NCBI GenBank assembly: GCA_013265495.1
Contig: MU059903.1
Coordinates: forward strand, 496,001-560,000
Source of the DNA: Vicugna vicugna
Taxonomy: Eukaryota
Length of the DNA stretch: 64,000 nucleotides
Reading direction: 5' to 3'
The notes under the pieces were generated by a model. That model was not told the origin of the DNA. It was given only the letters and a program-made list of their open reading frames with translations, and searched no databases. Positions within the stretch are counted from its first letter, which is position 1; every line of letters begins with the position of its first letter. This document shows positions 14,127 to 25,880 of the stretch, one piece after another. Position numbers and translations under genes: made by a program.

Positions 14127-14147
14127 CACACACACACACACACACAC
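14127..14147. repeat. (CA)10 microsatellite
   Basis: Direct reading. Confidence 0.9.
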
Positions 14148-17100
14148 GTCAAGCAGCGCAGCACCCAAGGAGAGGGCTGGGCTCAGCCATGCCCCGCACA
14201 GGCGCAGCAGCCCACCTGCCCACAACGGGCTCCCAGTCCGTCTCCCAGGGACAGTGAGGTGAGCCCGGGAAAGCAGCCACTCCGTGGCCACAAGAGGAAG
14301 GTCTGGGCAGGTGCACGACAACTTCCCAGCTGACAGTGAGTTAGGTGCTGGCATCAGAGCCAGAAGGGCAGTAAGCACAGTGCGTTCACTTTAATACTCC
14401 ATGTAAGTAGTTCTAAACTCAAACTCTGAGCAGTGCTTCACAATGGCAAACTGCAGACACACACTTCCTCCCAGTCTTCCCAAGGCTCCACCGCAATGAC
14501 AGAAGAGGCAGGCTTTGAAAAACAGCAACAAAGAAGGAATCCACTGCAGTGCTCAAGGAGGGAGCGGAGAGGCCAGGAGCCATCCAGATGAGGCTTAGGG
14601 AATTCTTGAGAACAGGAAGTAGACGGGATCTCAACATCCGAGAGGGGTTCTCCACAGCACTCGTGAGAGCCCGGGGAAAGAGCGGGTAGCCCTCCAGCAC
14701 CAGGGCAGGAGAAAAGCGCCCGGGGCCGCAGCGCAGCGGCCACTCCGTCCCCCACTCCCTCCCGTAGCTGAGCGCCCCAGACCGCACCAGGAGAGCCTGC
14801 TGCCTGCCTGCGGGGATTCCTAACATGAATGAGGTGCTGCCAGTCCCCTACACCCCACAGGCACCGAGAGAAGGAACTGGAGAGGCAACTCTACCCAAGA
14901 ATGGAATGCCCTGAGGGCTCTCACCTGTCCCCCTACCTGGAGGGGGCAAGGCAACAGGATGCAGGAAAGACCCATCCTTCCACCCTGCCCGGGGGGAACC
15001 GCCCTCAGCTCCCCACCACTACCCCATCTCCATCCCGCCATAACCTGCGGCGACACCATCCTGGGCCAGTCCCGGACCACCAGCACGGCTACACATTCAC
15101 ATCAGCCACTGGGCCTTCAGTCACAAACAGGAAGAGGAACCAAGGCCACGGTTGACAGAATAGTAAAGAGGACAAGTGACTTCGGCTCCAAACAAGATGC
15201 AGCAGACACTCTCCTGTTCCTCCAGCTGAGCGCAGCTAAAACCCCTGGATGTTACACGTGAGAGACCACATGTAAGAGGGACGAAAGACGAGCCAGTGCT
15301 GAAAAGGACAGGCTTGCGGACTACGAGCTGCAAGACCTGAGAAACAGCACAGCAGCAGGCTCTCTGGGTTCCCTGTCTGCTCCCCTGGTTGGGTGCTGAG
15401 GAGCCTGCAATCCCGGCACACCAAGGGGCGCAGACCTCAACAGCCCGGGAAAGCCTGCCTTCTCCGGCCAGAGCACCAGGGAGGCGGCAGCCCAGCACAC
15501 AGGCAACTTCTGGACAGTAAGCAACCTCCCCTCCAAACAGCACAGGAAACACGGCCCACGCTCCCAGGCCTAAACAAAGTGCCCCCGAGGCCCCACAGAG
15601 TCTCAAAGAGTTCCTCATTTTCCAGACAGGAGCAAAGTCTAAGAAGTACCCACTTCCGGTTCATTATGTATAAAACTAACTACTGAAAAGTTATGAATCA
15701 CCAAACAGCACAATGAGTAAAATCTGGGATACAGAGGGATGGTGAGGGAGCTGGGAGACCGTCAAATGTGCCAAATCCTTTTCTTTCACGTGAACCTGAA
15801 AGAAGCGTAGTAGGAGAGGAGGAACTGGATGAGGGGACGACTTTATGGGTACAAATCCAAAGGGTTTTGTAAGAATTAGCCATTACAATGATAAAATGAG
15901 AAAGCACTTTATAAACTAACCAGTGCCTCACAGATACAACTTCCCCCAGGCAGCACGGAAAGTTCAAAGGAAATCTGAGCGATCAGAAAAGACAGAAGAG
16001 CAGAAGGCGCATGACATGAAACTTGAGGGTAGATGCCATCAAAACGCCCACAGAGATGTTCAGACAATTTCACGGAGAACCAAAACCAAGAAAAATTACG
16101 CTTATGACCAGACATTTTCACTCAGATTCACAATCCCCCCTCTAACTCCCATTTAAGGTAGGTCATCAAATCCAGGACATTTCACTGGTTCCACTCTTCA
16201 AAATCACCTTACGAAGCCGGGGGCCAACCAGGAAGCAGCGGCAGGCCCTGCCCACCCAGGGGCTCGGCCAGCCTGGACAGCCAGAGCCCTTCTTTAAACC
16301 CCAACCCCGTGTTACCATCCCTGCTGCAGGACTCACAGCCACTGACTCATATCCCAGTTTCGTTTGGTTTTACCTGCCAGGCAGTGCTGCGTGGTGCCTC
16401 CAGCACAGACGTGCTACCGTGTGCTTCCTCAGGACAAGGTTCAGGAACACCCTCATGAATCTTGCACAGACTGACTGACATCACCTGGAGACCCACTTCC
16501 TTGTTCCCCATTCATGTGGAAATGAAACTTACTCTTCAGTTTTTAGAACACATTCTATCCAATAAGCACTCTGGCTGAAGGACCCCACGAGGTCATCCTA
16601 TCTGAACAGGGGAGCAGCCATCCTATGAGCACTTGCAGTCATGGAAGAAATTAACTTCTCCTCTTCCAGGGGCCGGGTTCTGAACTAAGATCCCAGCAAG
16701 ATGCTGGAAAACAAGAGGGTAAGTTTCCAGGTCTTCTGCTGGTAAAGAGATGTCAAATTTAAAGTTGGAACAACACAAAATACTTACTACACAAACATCC
16801 TGCCCTCTTAAGTGCCTTGTCCTGGTCCTTCAAACACCTCTATCTGACTGACATTCTCCAAACTCTGACCATGATCCACAACAAAAATGCATTTTACATC
16901 ATAACCAGTACACACACAAAATCCGTATAGCTGTTGTGCAATCTGAATTTTTAGTAAAGTCGCCGTCAAGTAAGAGGTAAACAATGAGCAAATGCAACAA
17001 GAACAGAATTTATTCAAGCTTTAAATAAAGTTGCTATTGATCCACTGGTTCTGATTTAATTCAGTTATAAATCCATCATTATATTGAACGGCTTTAACTG

Positions 17101-17594
17101 AGTTATGCATTACACCCAAAATGAGGGGGATGTGTAGGAAATTAACATTCTGCAATTAATTCCCTCTTCAGCTGCACAGGGCAGATAATCTATATTAACA
17201 TACTTATTAAGAAATCAAAATACATGAATCATAGACACTACGTTCAGAGCTCCCTAAAAAGGTCAAACGCCCAGGCCCACAAGCTTGCCTCCAGCCTCTC
17301 CCTCTCGGAGAGCTTCCACCAACCAGACTCTGCCATCCCCTTCTTCAGCTGATCTTTAGTTTTAAACTTAGAAATTCTGGAATCTTTACAAACCTGGATT
17401 CAAATATCGGCCCTGCACTTGGTGAACATCAGCGATCAGGCACATCACTTCAGCTCTGCATCTCACTTCCGCTCCAGGGACCGGGGCTAACTGCACCCAC
17501 CTTACAACGTCACCCTGTGGCTGGCCTGGTACTCAGGAGCCAGTCAGCCCGCAGGCACCACCAAGCTGCTGATTCGCAGTTTTAAAGGCTATTA

Positions 17595-19900
17595 GAGGCA
17601 CACCTGAGAGATATTGCAGGTTTGGTTCCAAATTACCGCAATAAAGCCAATGTCACAATAAAGCCAGTCACATGAATGTTCTGGTCCCTGAGTGCATATG
17701 AAAGTTATGTTTATGCTACACCGCAGTCTATTAAGCCTGCAATAGCATTATGTATATATCTTAATTTTAAAATAAAAATCTGGCGGACGTCACATAAAAA
17801 GCAATGGACATACCTTGATTTTAAAATACTCCATTGCTAAAAAAGGCTAACCATCATCTGAGCCTTCAGCAAGTCATAACTGTTTGGCTGGCGGAGGGTC
17901 TTGCCTCGATGTTGATGGCTGCTGACTTTTCCAGTGGTGGTTGCTGACGGCTTGGGCAACTTCTTACCATGAGAGAGACAACAATGACGTTTGCCACACC
18001 AATTGACTCGTCCTCTCGTGATTCCTCTGTAGCAAGCAGGACTAGCTGACAGCATCTTACCCACAGCAGAAGTTGTCTCTCAGTTGGAGTTGATCCTCTC
18101 AAAGCCTGCCACTGCTCCATCAACTGCGCTAGTGTGCCTCTAAGTCTAAGTCCTCTGCCGTCACCTCAACAGTCTTCACAGCATCTTCACCCAGAGCGGA
18201 TTCCATCTCAAGAAACCACCTTCTTGGCTCATCCATAAGAAGCAACTCCTCAGCCATCCAAGTTCTATCCTGAGATGGCAGCAGCCCAGCCACCCCATCA
18301 GGTCCCAGGTCGAATTCTCGTTCTCCTGCTGCTTCCACCACAACTGCAGTTACTTCCTCCACGAAGTCCTGAACCTCAAAGTTATCCACGAGGGCTGGAA
18401 TCCACTGCTTTCAAACTCCTGTGTGTGCTGATATTCTGACCTCTTCCCATGAATCATGAATGTTCTTAAGGACATCCACCATGGTAAATTCTTTCCAGAG
18501 GGTTTTCAACTGACTTTGCCCAGACCCATCAGAGGAATCACTGTCTATGGCAGCTATAGCCTCACAAAATGTACTCCCTAAATAATAAGATTTGAAAGTC
18601 GAAATTCCTCCTTGATCCCTGGGCTGCAGGAAGGATGCAGGCACGGAAACAATGTTGATCTCACAGTCTGTCTCCACCAGGGCTCCTGGGGGACCAGCGG
18701 CACTGTCAATGAGCAGTAACAGTTTGAAAGAAATCTTTCTGAGCAACAGGTCTCAAGAGTGGGTTTAAAACACTCGGTAAGCCCTGTTGTACACAGATGT
18801 GCTGCCATCAGGCATGTCTGTTCCGTTTACAGAGCACAGGCAGAGGAGTCAGCATACTTCCCAGGCTGTTCAGATGGTGAACGAGCACTGGCTTCAACCC
18901 GAAGTCAGCAGCTGCGTGAGCCTCTGGCGGAGGGTCAGCCTGTCCTGTGAAGCCCTGAAGCCAGGCACTGGCTTCTCCCCTCTCGCGAGGAAAGCCCTAG
19001 ATGCTGTCTTCTAATACAAGGCTGTTTCCCCTGCGCTGAAAATCTGCTGTGTAGTGTAACCACCTTCATGAATGATCTGAGCTAGATCTCCTGGAGAACT
19101 CGCGGCTCCACCTCACACTTTGATGTCACAGAGGCGGCTTCCTTCCGCCAACCTCATGAACCAGCCACCTCTGCGGGCTTCCAACCGTTCTTCTGCAGCT
19201 TCCTCCCCCTCTCAGCCCCCGCAGAAATCAGTGCGCCAGGGCCTGGGTCTGGATGAGGCTCTGGCGTAGGGAGTGTCGAGCCTGCTTGAGCTTTCTCCAC
19301 ATCAGCAATAAGGCTGTTTTGCTCTTTGCTTTCTCATCATTCATGTGTTCGCTAGAGGACCACCTTTCATTTCCTTCAAGACCTCCTTGGCCATCACAAC
19401 TTGGCTGTTTGGCACAAGAGGCCTCACTTTCTGCCCATCTCAGCTTTCGACAAGCCTTCTTCACTAAGCAGAATCATTTCCAGTTTTCAACTGAAGGTGA
19501 GAGATGTGTGACTTCCTTTCACTTGGGCACTCAGAAGCCATTGTAGGGTTATTAATTGGCCTAATTTCAACACTGTGTCTCAGGGAAGAGGCAGGCCCAA
19601 GGAGAGGGAGCGATGGGGGACCGGCTGGTAGGGCGAGCAGTGAGAACACACATTTGTAAGTTTCCCCATCTTATATGGGCATGATTTGGGATGCCCCAAG
19701 ACAATTACAAGGGTAACAAAGATCGCAGATCACCATCACAAATATAATAATAATGGAAAAGTATGAAATATTGCGAGAATTATAAAAAATGTGACAAGAG
19801 ACATGAAGTGAGCAAATGCTGTTAGAAAAATAGCGCTGACAGACTTGCTCCACTGACAGTCGCCACAAACCTTCAGTCTGTAAAATGCACGGTATCTGTA
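17595..19900 (-). mobile_element. Near-full-length, heavily decayed Tigger1 DNA transposon
   Basis: TA plus TIR-like GAGGCACACCTGAGAGATATTGC at 17593-17617. Transposase fragments lie in several frames (19228..19464, 18578..18808, 18411..18746 with FKLLLLID and QPRDQG, 18129..18389, 17837..18064). The right end is eroded. Confidence 0.9.
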
Positions 19901-20329
19901 AAAAGCCTGGGAAGCTAGCATAAAGGCAGTGCAGAGCTCAGGAGAGAATGACGAAGCTCACAAGTGATGCGATACAGTCTTCGGACTCTGGAAAGCAGAA
20001 GGAACGTCTTCTCCTTTTCCACATGCCAAATGCACACAACTTGCAGGCTTAGATGCCCAACACTACCCTCAAATGTCCCTTCCTGAGGCCCCAAAGGCAG
20101 CCTCATGCCAAAGGCCCCAGTACCACCTGGCTCCCACCATGACAGTAACTAACTCAGGAAGGACTGTCACGGGTTGCTAGGAGCATCAGGCAAAAAGGCT
20201 CTGGGCCCCAGCCCACAGATGATGTGCGAAGTCCTAGGAGAAAGGGCCCCTCTACAGCGGAGAGAGCTGGTGGGCGCCACCCTAGCCACGTGAGGGAACT
20301 CTGCGCCGGCAGCATGGCATACATCTGCA

Positions 20330-20800
20330 TCAAGTGCCTTCTGGTCTGACCCACGGGGACATGGAACATCACATGTGCAGCGCTCGTGCCTAAAACGCCT
20401 GACTTGAACCAGATCCTGCCCAGACTGTGGGGCCTACATGACAACAAGCCTCAATTCTTCAAAACCCTGAAGTCATAAAGGGTAACAGTGGTGGAAACTC
20501 AAGAGACGAACGAGACACAACAAACTGAATGCCATGCGTGACCCTGGTTTGGGGCCCACATTTAAAGAAAGAAAAGCCACGCAGCTGACCTGGAGACCAC
20601 CGGATGCACCTAGACGGGATCTCAGGAAGGAGGCGCCTGCGGGGGCGCGGCCGCACAGGAGGAGGCGCCCCCCAGACGGCCGCCGTGCTGAGTGCCGCGA
20701 GGTCTGCACGCGGGCTGAAGGTCTACGCAAGGGCGGCAGGGAGGCACGGGGCGTTTACACTGGCCTCCCCACCTTCCTGCCAGGTGTAGATTTTTCACAA
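20330..20800 (+). mobile_element. L1MC4/5-like 3' fragment, GC-shifted
   Basis: GGAAACTCAAGAGAC...ACAACAAACTGAATGCCATGCGTGACCCTGG motif and an L1MC-like terminus ending TTTTTCACAACAAA. Confidence 0.45.
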
Positions 20801-21638
20801 CAAAGCGGGGGAGGGGCAGATTACGAGGTGCTCTCAGGTCCCCTCAGCACCCCTGCCTCCCTCTTCAGCAGACTCGGAAGCATCTCGCCCTTCATCCAGA
20901 GCTTTCCCACAAAGCTGTCTGGGAACAAGGACTCAAACGAGCACCCCCAACAGGCCCCTGTCGCGTCAGTCGCTGCCACGCCAAGCTCCCCAGGCTCCCG
21001 CACAGCTAGGCTGGCCTGCTTTGGCAACGCGCAGGCTGGAGACGAGGGGACTTCCCTCTGCTTTCCCCAAGCTAGGCAGCCTTCTAGGCTCTTCTGCAAG
21101 CCTGGGGAACTCACGCAGCTCCCTCTCCCAGCCAGATCGCTCTTGCCTGCACCAAACCCTCATGGAAAGGACCCACTGGGTCAGCTTTAGACACCAAACA
21201 AATCAGATACTCTCCAAGGGGTGCTGGGGTCACTATGCGTAAAGCTCCACACTGCAACCCTCCCGGGTACCACCCCATCTACCGTAAGCCTTCCTGCAGA
21301 GCACGCGCACCCACTTCACCGGCCTCAGAGTGAAGCGGGAGGCCAGCAGCCGTGGGAAGTCAGACCGCACCGCTCCCCACGCCAAGGGCCAGGCAGCTTC
21401 CAGAAACCACCAGAGACAACACCCAACAGAGAACAACAGAAATTAGGTCAGAAATGCGTACTCTGGCTAGAAAGTTATTTGCTTAAACTCACTAAATGCA
21501 GACCTCACATCTAAATACGGTCTGAAAGGCCTGGGACTTGTTTTGCTTTGTAACTGCTCACTGGGAACCTATCCTCTTGCTGGTTCCCAGGACTTAAGAG
21601 AACTCCCCAGGGACACAAACTGCTTTAAGGCAAGAAGC

Positions 21639-21767
21639 AAAGGGGGCTCTGCCTTCCTGCAAGGCCAACAGGAAAGTGTCTGTCAGGAAAAGGGGATCCC
21701 CTTCCTCCAAGACCAACAGGGAAGTGTCAGGGAGAAAGGGGGTTCCTTTCCCCTAAGACCAATGGGG
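21639..21767. repeat. Degenerate ~46-50 bp tandem repeat, 2.7 copies
   Basis: AAGGGG..CCTTCCT.CAAG.CCAACAGG.AAGTGTC recurs at 21639, 21689 and 21735. Confidence 0.65.
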
Positions 21768-23339
21768 ATTTTCTTAATTTGTTTTTAAATGAAAATAGAA
21801 AAGTGAAAACTAAAAGACACTCAAAGAAATCTGTTTAACTAGACTTAAAAAAGGTGAGAAACGGGAAATAGAAGAATGAGGTCAAAAGGTGCAACCCCAA
21901 GTGACCAGAACTTCCTATGGCCAGAGAAGCAGGCAGTCACACCACCTGAGGACTCTCAAGACTGCATATGCACCTGAGTCCCAGAGTCACACTGTCCCCA
22001 CGCAGCAGTCACCACCGACACTGTCCCATTTTTCACAAGGCCTTCCTGGAGAAAAGAAACCCAGACCCCCGCTGCAGGGCTCTTCCCACCAGCGGGCCAA
22101 CACTGGAGACGCCTGTTTGGATGCAAAATGAAAAACGCGCATGTGACCTAATGGACTCAAGACAGCACATGTTTCATACATAGAAACCCACTTCTTCCCC
22201 CGACTCAGGACCGGTGACGTGTCCGAGGCTGACGAGGGGCTGTGTGGCCGGCAGAGCCACCCCAGAGCAGTGGGCATGAACGCGGGGAGCCTGGCACGTG
22301 CAGAACGCAGCCCCACAATGGCAGCTGCTCTACCTGAGCTGGTTCCAGGACACCAAGGAGCTGTGGCCATTTGCACAGGAGAAAGACTCTGTAGAGGGAC
22401 AAGGGGCAGGAAACAGAGCAGCACTGGGCTTTCTCCGACGCACAGATGCCTGCCTTCCCCAGACTCTCCCACAGCCTCCCACCACCGTGTGGCCTGAGGA
22501 GATCCCCTGTACCCAGGGCAGGAGTCGGAGAAAGCTCTGGACACGCTGCTGACATGTCACCCCATCAGAGGCCGGGGAAAGAAAGTGATGATTTCCATTC
22601 CACTCTCCGCAGGACATGCTCAGTTCCTCCTCTCACACCAGAGCTAGAGAAACTCGCTAAGTGCAGGGTCGAGCCGGGCTCAGGGTCCTCTCTGATTCTG
22701 AAATTCTCGGCGATAAAGATGCCCAAGAGCGTCCCTGGGAAAGGTGAACAGCCAGGCCCCAGGCCACCTCCCGTGGGCTTGGCCACAGGCAAGGCGGCCC
22801 CGCGAGGATCGGAGCAAGGAGCAGGGTGACCCATCCCTTGAGCTGCCCTCCTGCAGTCACTGGATGAGAACGAAAGGCTGCGTGCTCAGCTGGAGAAAGC
22901 GCTTCTAGGGCCGTCTCCCCTCCCGGCACGATGAAGTGGCAGTGGGCTTACACACCACAGGGCCACGCCGGAGCCCAACCTCACTCCCCAGGATACACAA
23001 CAGGTGTTCCAGGCTTCTTCCAAATGGTCCAGAACGACTGGAACGTCACTCCGCGTCTCCGAACTGGCCTTCGGGCTCCGTGGATTCGCTAAGTGACACA
23101 GAGCAGGAAACGGGCCGACGCGCCGCCTCCCGGCCACGTCTGTGGGGACTCTCTGACCTCCTTTTGTGAAGAAGCTCCGGGGAGAGGGAAGCACCCAGAC
23201 AAACCTAACAGCTGTGGAAAGGCGCAACAGCTAGAATTCTAAAAGTAAATGTCCTGCCAAACAACAGCCTGACAGTCACCAGCAGTGATAAACTGACAGA
23301 TGCTGTAGCGCCCTGCTGGCCGCCTCTCACATGACCACA

Positions 23340-23430
23340 GAGCGGCATGACCTGGGGATTATCCTCTTCAAAATCTGCATTTTTACAGATGAAGAAACTG
23401 AGTCCCTACAGGGCTACGGGTCCTTGTCTC
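23340..23430 (-). mobile_element. MIR SINE remnant
   Basis: TTTTACAGATGAAGAAACTGAG core motif. Confidence 0.5.
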
Positions 23431-25039
23431 CCCTGGACCTTTCCAGACATTCTCTGGGAACACACCCCCACACAAACCCTGTTCATGGACATCCAAACTG
23501 AGGTCTGTCCCAGAGTGGAGACCCCAAGAGTAAAGGAGGCGACCTTCGAAGCCCAACGGGATGCCCTGAATGTATCTGTCCCACACGCTGTCCCCTCCTC
23601 CGCGCTGGCCATGGCTGGGACCATCCTCCCTGCAGAAGGACAGTCCATCCCCAGAAAGCACGTCCAAATGACACATCAAACCACTGCAATGTGAGCTTCC
23701 AAGGAAGGAGCCACAATCATTCAAATGCGTCACGTGAACTAAACTTCAGGACCATCCCGTCCATCACAGTCTCATGTGCTCAACACGTACTTAAACTGAG
23801 CGCTCCTGCGTGCCAGCATGAGGACAAGCAGGCCCCGAGTGCTCACAGTGCCCTGGAGGTTTCTCGTCCAGGCTGAGTCCTGCCTCTAACCGGCAGCTGG
23901 GTGAGAAGGCAGAAGCTCCCCAAGCACTGCGGTCCCGGCTCTGCAGGAACCGGACGTGTACCCAGCCCAGCACCCAGCCTTGGCTAAGTCGCCTTCACGG
24001 AGGCGTGGGAGAGCCAGACAGTGCAGAGACTGCTTCCAGCTCCTCCAAGGGTCCTCCCCCAAACCCCAGCAGTTCTGCTCCGCACCCACCAGCCCGCGCT
24101 GGAGGGTGCCTTTCTTGAAACGACCCTTTGGAGAAGCAAACCCTGAGGCCGCAGTACTTGCTGTCGTGCTGGTGGGCAGGTGGGGCGGCGGCTCCCTGGA
24201 AGCCGGGCTGACGTTTGGTGCACGAGAGATGATGCTGTCTTGACTTCGCAGCAGAGGCGCTCCCTGGCAGTGGGATGGACGTGGGCTGGGACGTTGCGCC
24301 GCACCTAACTCCTCCGCCTCCTCCCAGCTGGGCCACAGTCCACCAGGCCGGCCCAGTCCACCTGGGACCACGTCTGGGACTTCAGCCTCACCAACATGAC
24401 ACAAGAGAGGAGCTTAAGTATCTGAGCCACCTACACTCCTCCCTTTTCACACTTAATCCCACCTACCTCTATTCCTGCATCCCTTCGGGAAGTCTCCTAA
24501 GGACCGACACTGTTCCGGAATCCTGACGAGGCAGGGTGGCGGGCTACTCCACCTTCACCAGCCCTGGGCCTGGGGCAAGCGCCCTGCTCCCCAGCACCTT
24601 AGTCTTCCAATCACAACACTGGAATCAGGATACAACCTAACACAACAGAGTCGCCTGGAGGTTGAGCGAGTTAGTCCACGTCTTAGGACCAGGGCCCAGG
24701 ACATGATAATCACCCAGAAAGTGCTGCTTATTCTCGTCACCTCTCGTACACCTCTAAGAACAATGCCACTAGCTGAGACCAACTACCAATTTGCACGGTC
24801 CAGCACAGACTGAAAACTCAGAGCTCCTTGTTCAAAAGTTCTTAAGGATTTTGAAGGGGAGAGCACAGCATTAAACCAAGTGCGGGGCCATGTCACACGC
24901 CCACGAGGCCAGCCCTGCCACCAGCCAAGTTCTCCTGAGACCTCCTCGCCACGAGTCGGTCCAGCGGCGCTGCCTCACAGCGTTAGTTCACCTAGTCAGT
25001 CCAGGCACAGCCTGCCTGACAGAACGCAGTCTGCAGGGC

Positions 25040-25230
25040 TGCAGGACCTGAGTTCAAATCCTCACACCCTCACTTGCTGGGCTGTGCACAACTCAGGACC
25101 CCTAAACACCTCATGTCTCAGTCTGCTCACCTGCAAAATGGGGAGAGCGCCACCCTCTCTGCAGGCCGTCTGGGAGGACTGAACCAAACAGTCCACGTGA
25201 GGCGCCCAGGCACATACTCTGTGCAGAACC
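25040..25230 (+). mobile_element. MIR SINE remnant
   Basis: CCTGAGTTCAAATCC...TCTCAGTCTGCTCACCTGCAAAATGGG core. Confidence 0.55.
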
Positions 25231-25290
25231 AATGTTAGTCACCTTCAGTGTCAAAAGCACTGCATTCCCCATCCTCTCCATGACCCGGAG

Positions 25291-25587
25291 TGGCACTGTC
25301 CAATGTGAGGGCCAGCTGCCTGTGAGCGCTTGAGCACTTGAAATGAAGGCCAATTCAGACAGACACTATGAGTCTGAGAAATACATACCAGATTTTAAAG
25401 ACTTAATGTGAAAAACCAAAGAAACAATTTCATAAATATTTTTAACTACATGTTGTAATAACGACATTATGGGTATACTGGCTTAAAGATAACATCTTAT
25501 TAAATTCATGTTTCTTATTTTTTTAATGTAGTTACTAAGAAAGTTAAAGTAACAAACATGCTCACAGCATTTTCCTGTTGGACAGAA
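25291..25587 (-). mobile_element. MER33-like hAT-Charlie non-autonomous DNA transposon
   Basis: Termini GCACTGTCCAAT and TTGGACAG, with internal TTGAGCACTTGAAATG and an AT-rich core. Confidence 0.7.
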
Positions 25588-25856
25588 ATGTCTGGTCTAG
25601 ACATTGAGACACCCAAAGACCTGCGGTGAAGGGAAGGTCTGGCAACGAGGGAAACGCAGCCTGTATACGGAGGAGACTGACCACGCACCCCACAGGACAG
25701 CAGGCCAGGCTCTGCAGTGCAAGATGGGGGCGAGGTGCACACTCTGCCAGGAAAAGTTAGAATTACAATCTCAATTTCTCTGCTTGTAAGTACCAACACG
25801 ATGTTTGGAGAACAGTTACTCATTCCATCTCCCAAATGACTTATTACTTAACTTAC

Positions 25857-25880
25857 CTCAACTTTCTTAAAAGGTAAGTT
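25857..25880 (-). other. Candidate 24-nt in-frame ARHGEF7 microexon (NLPFKKVE)
   Basis: TTTAATTCATGTCTTTGCCAG|AACTTACCTTTTAAGAAAGTTGAG|GTAAGT. Phase 0/0, no stop. Predicted from sequence only. Confidence 0.35.

Noticed and set aside
18129-18746. TIGD1-like peptides
   Set aside because: Fragments in different frames within a decayed Tigger1; no continuous ORF.
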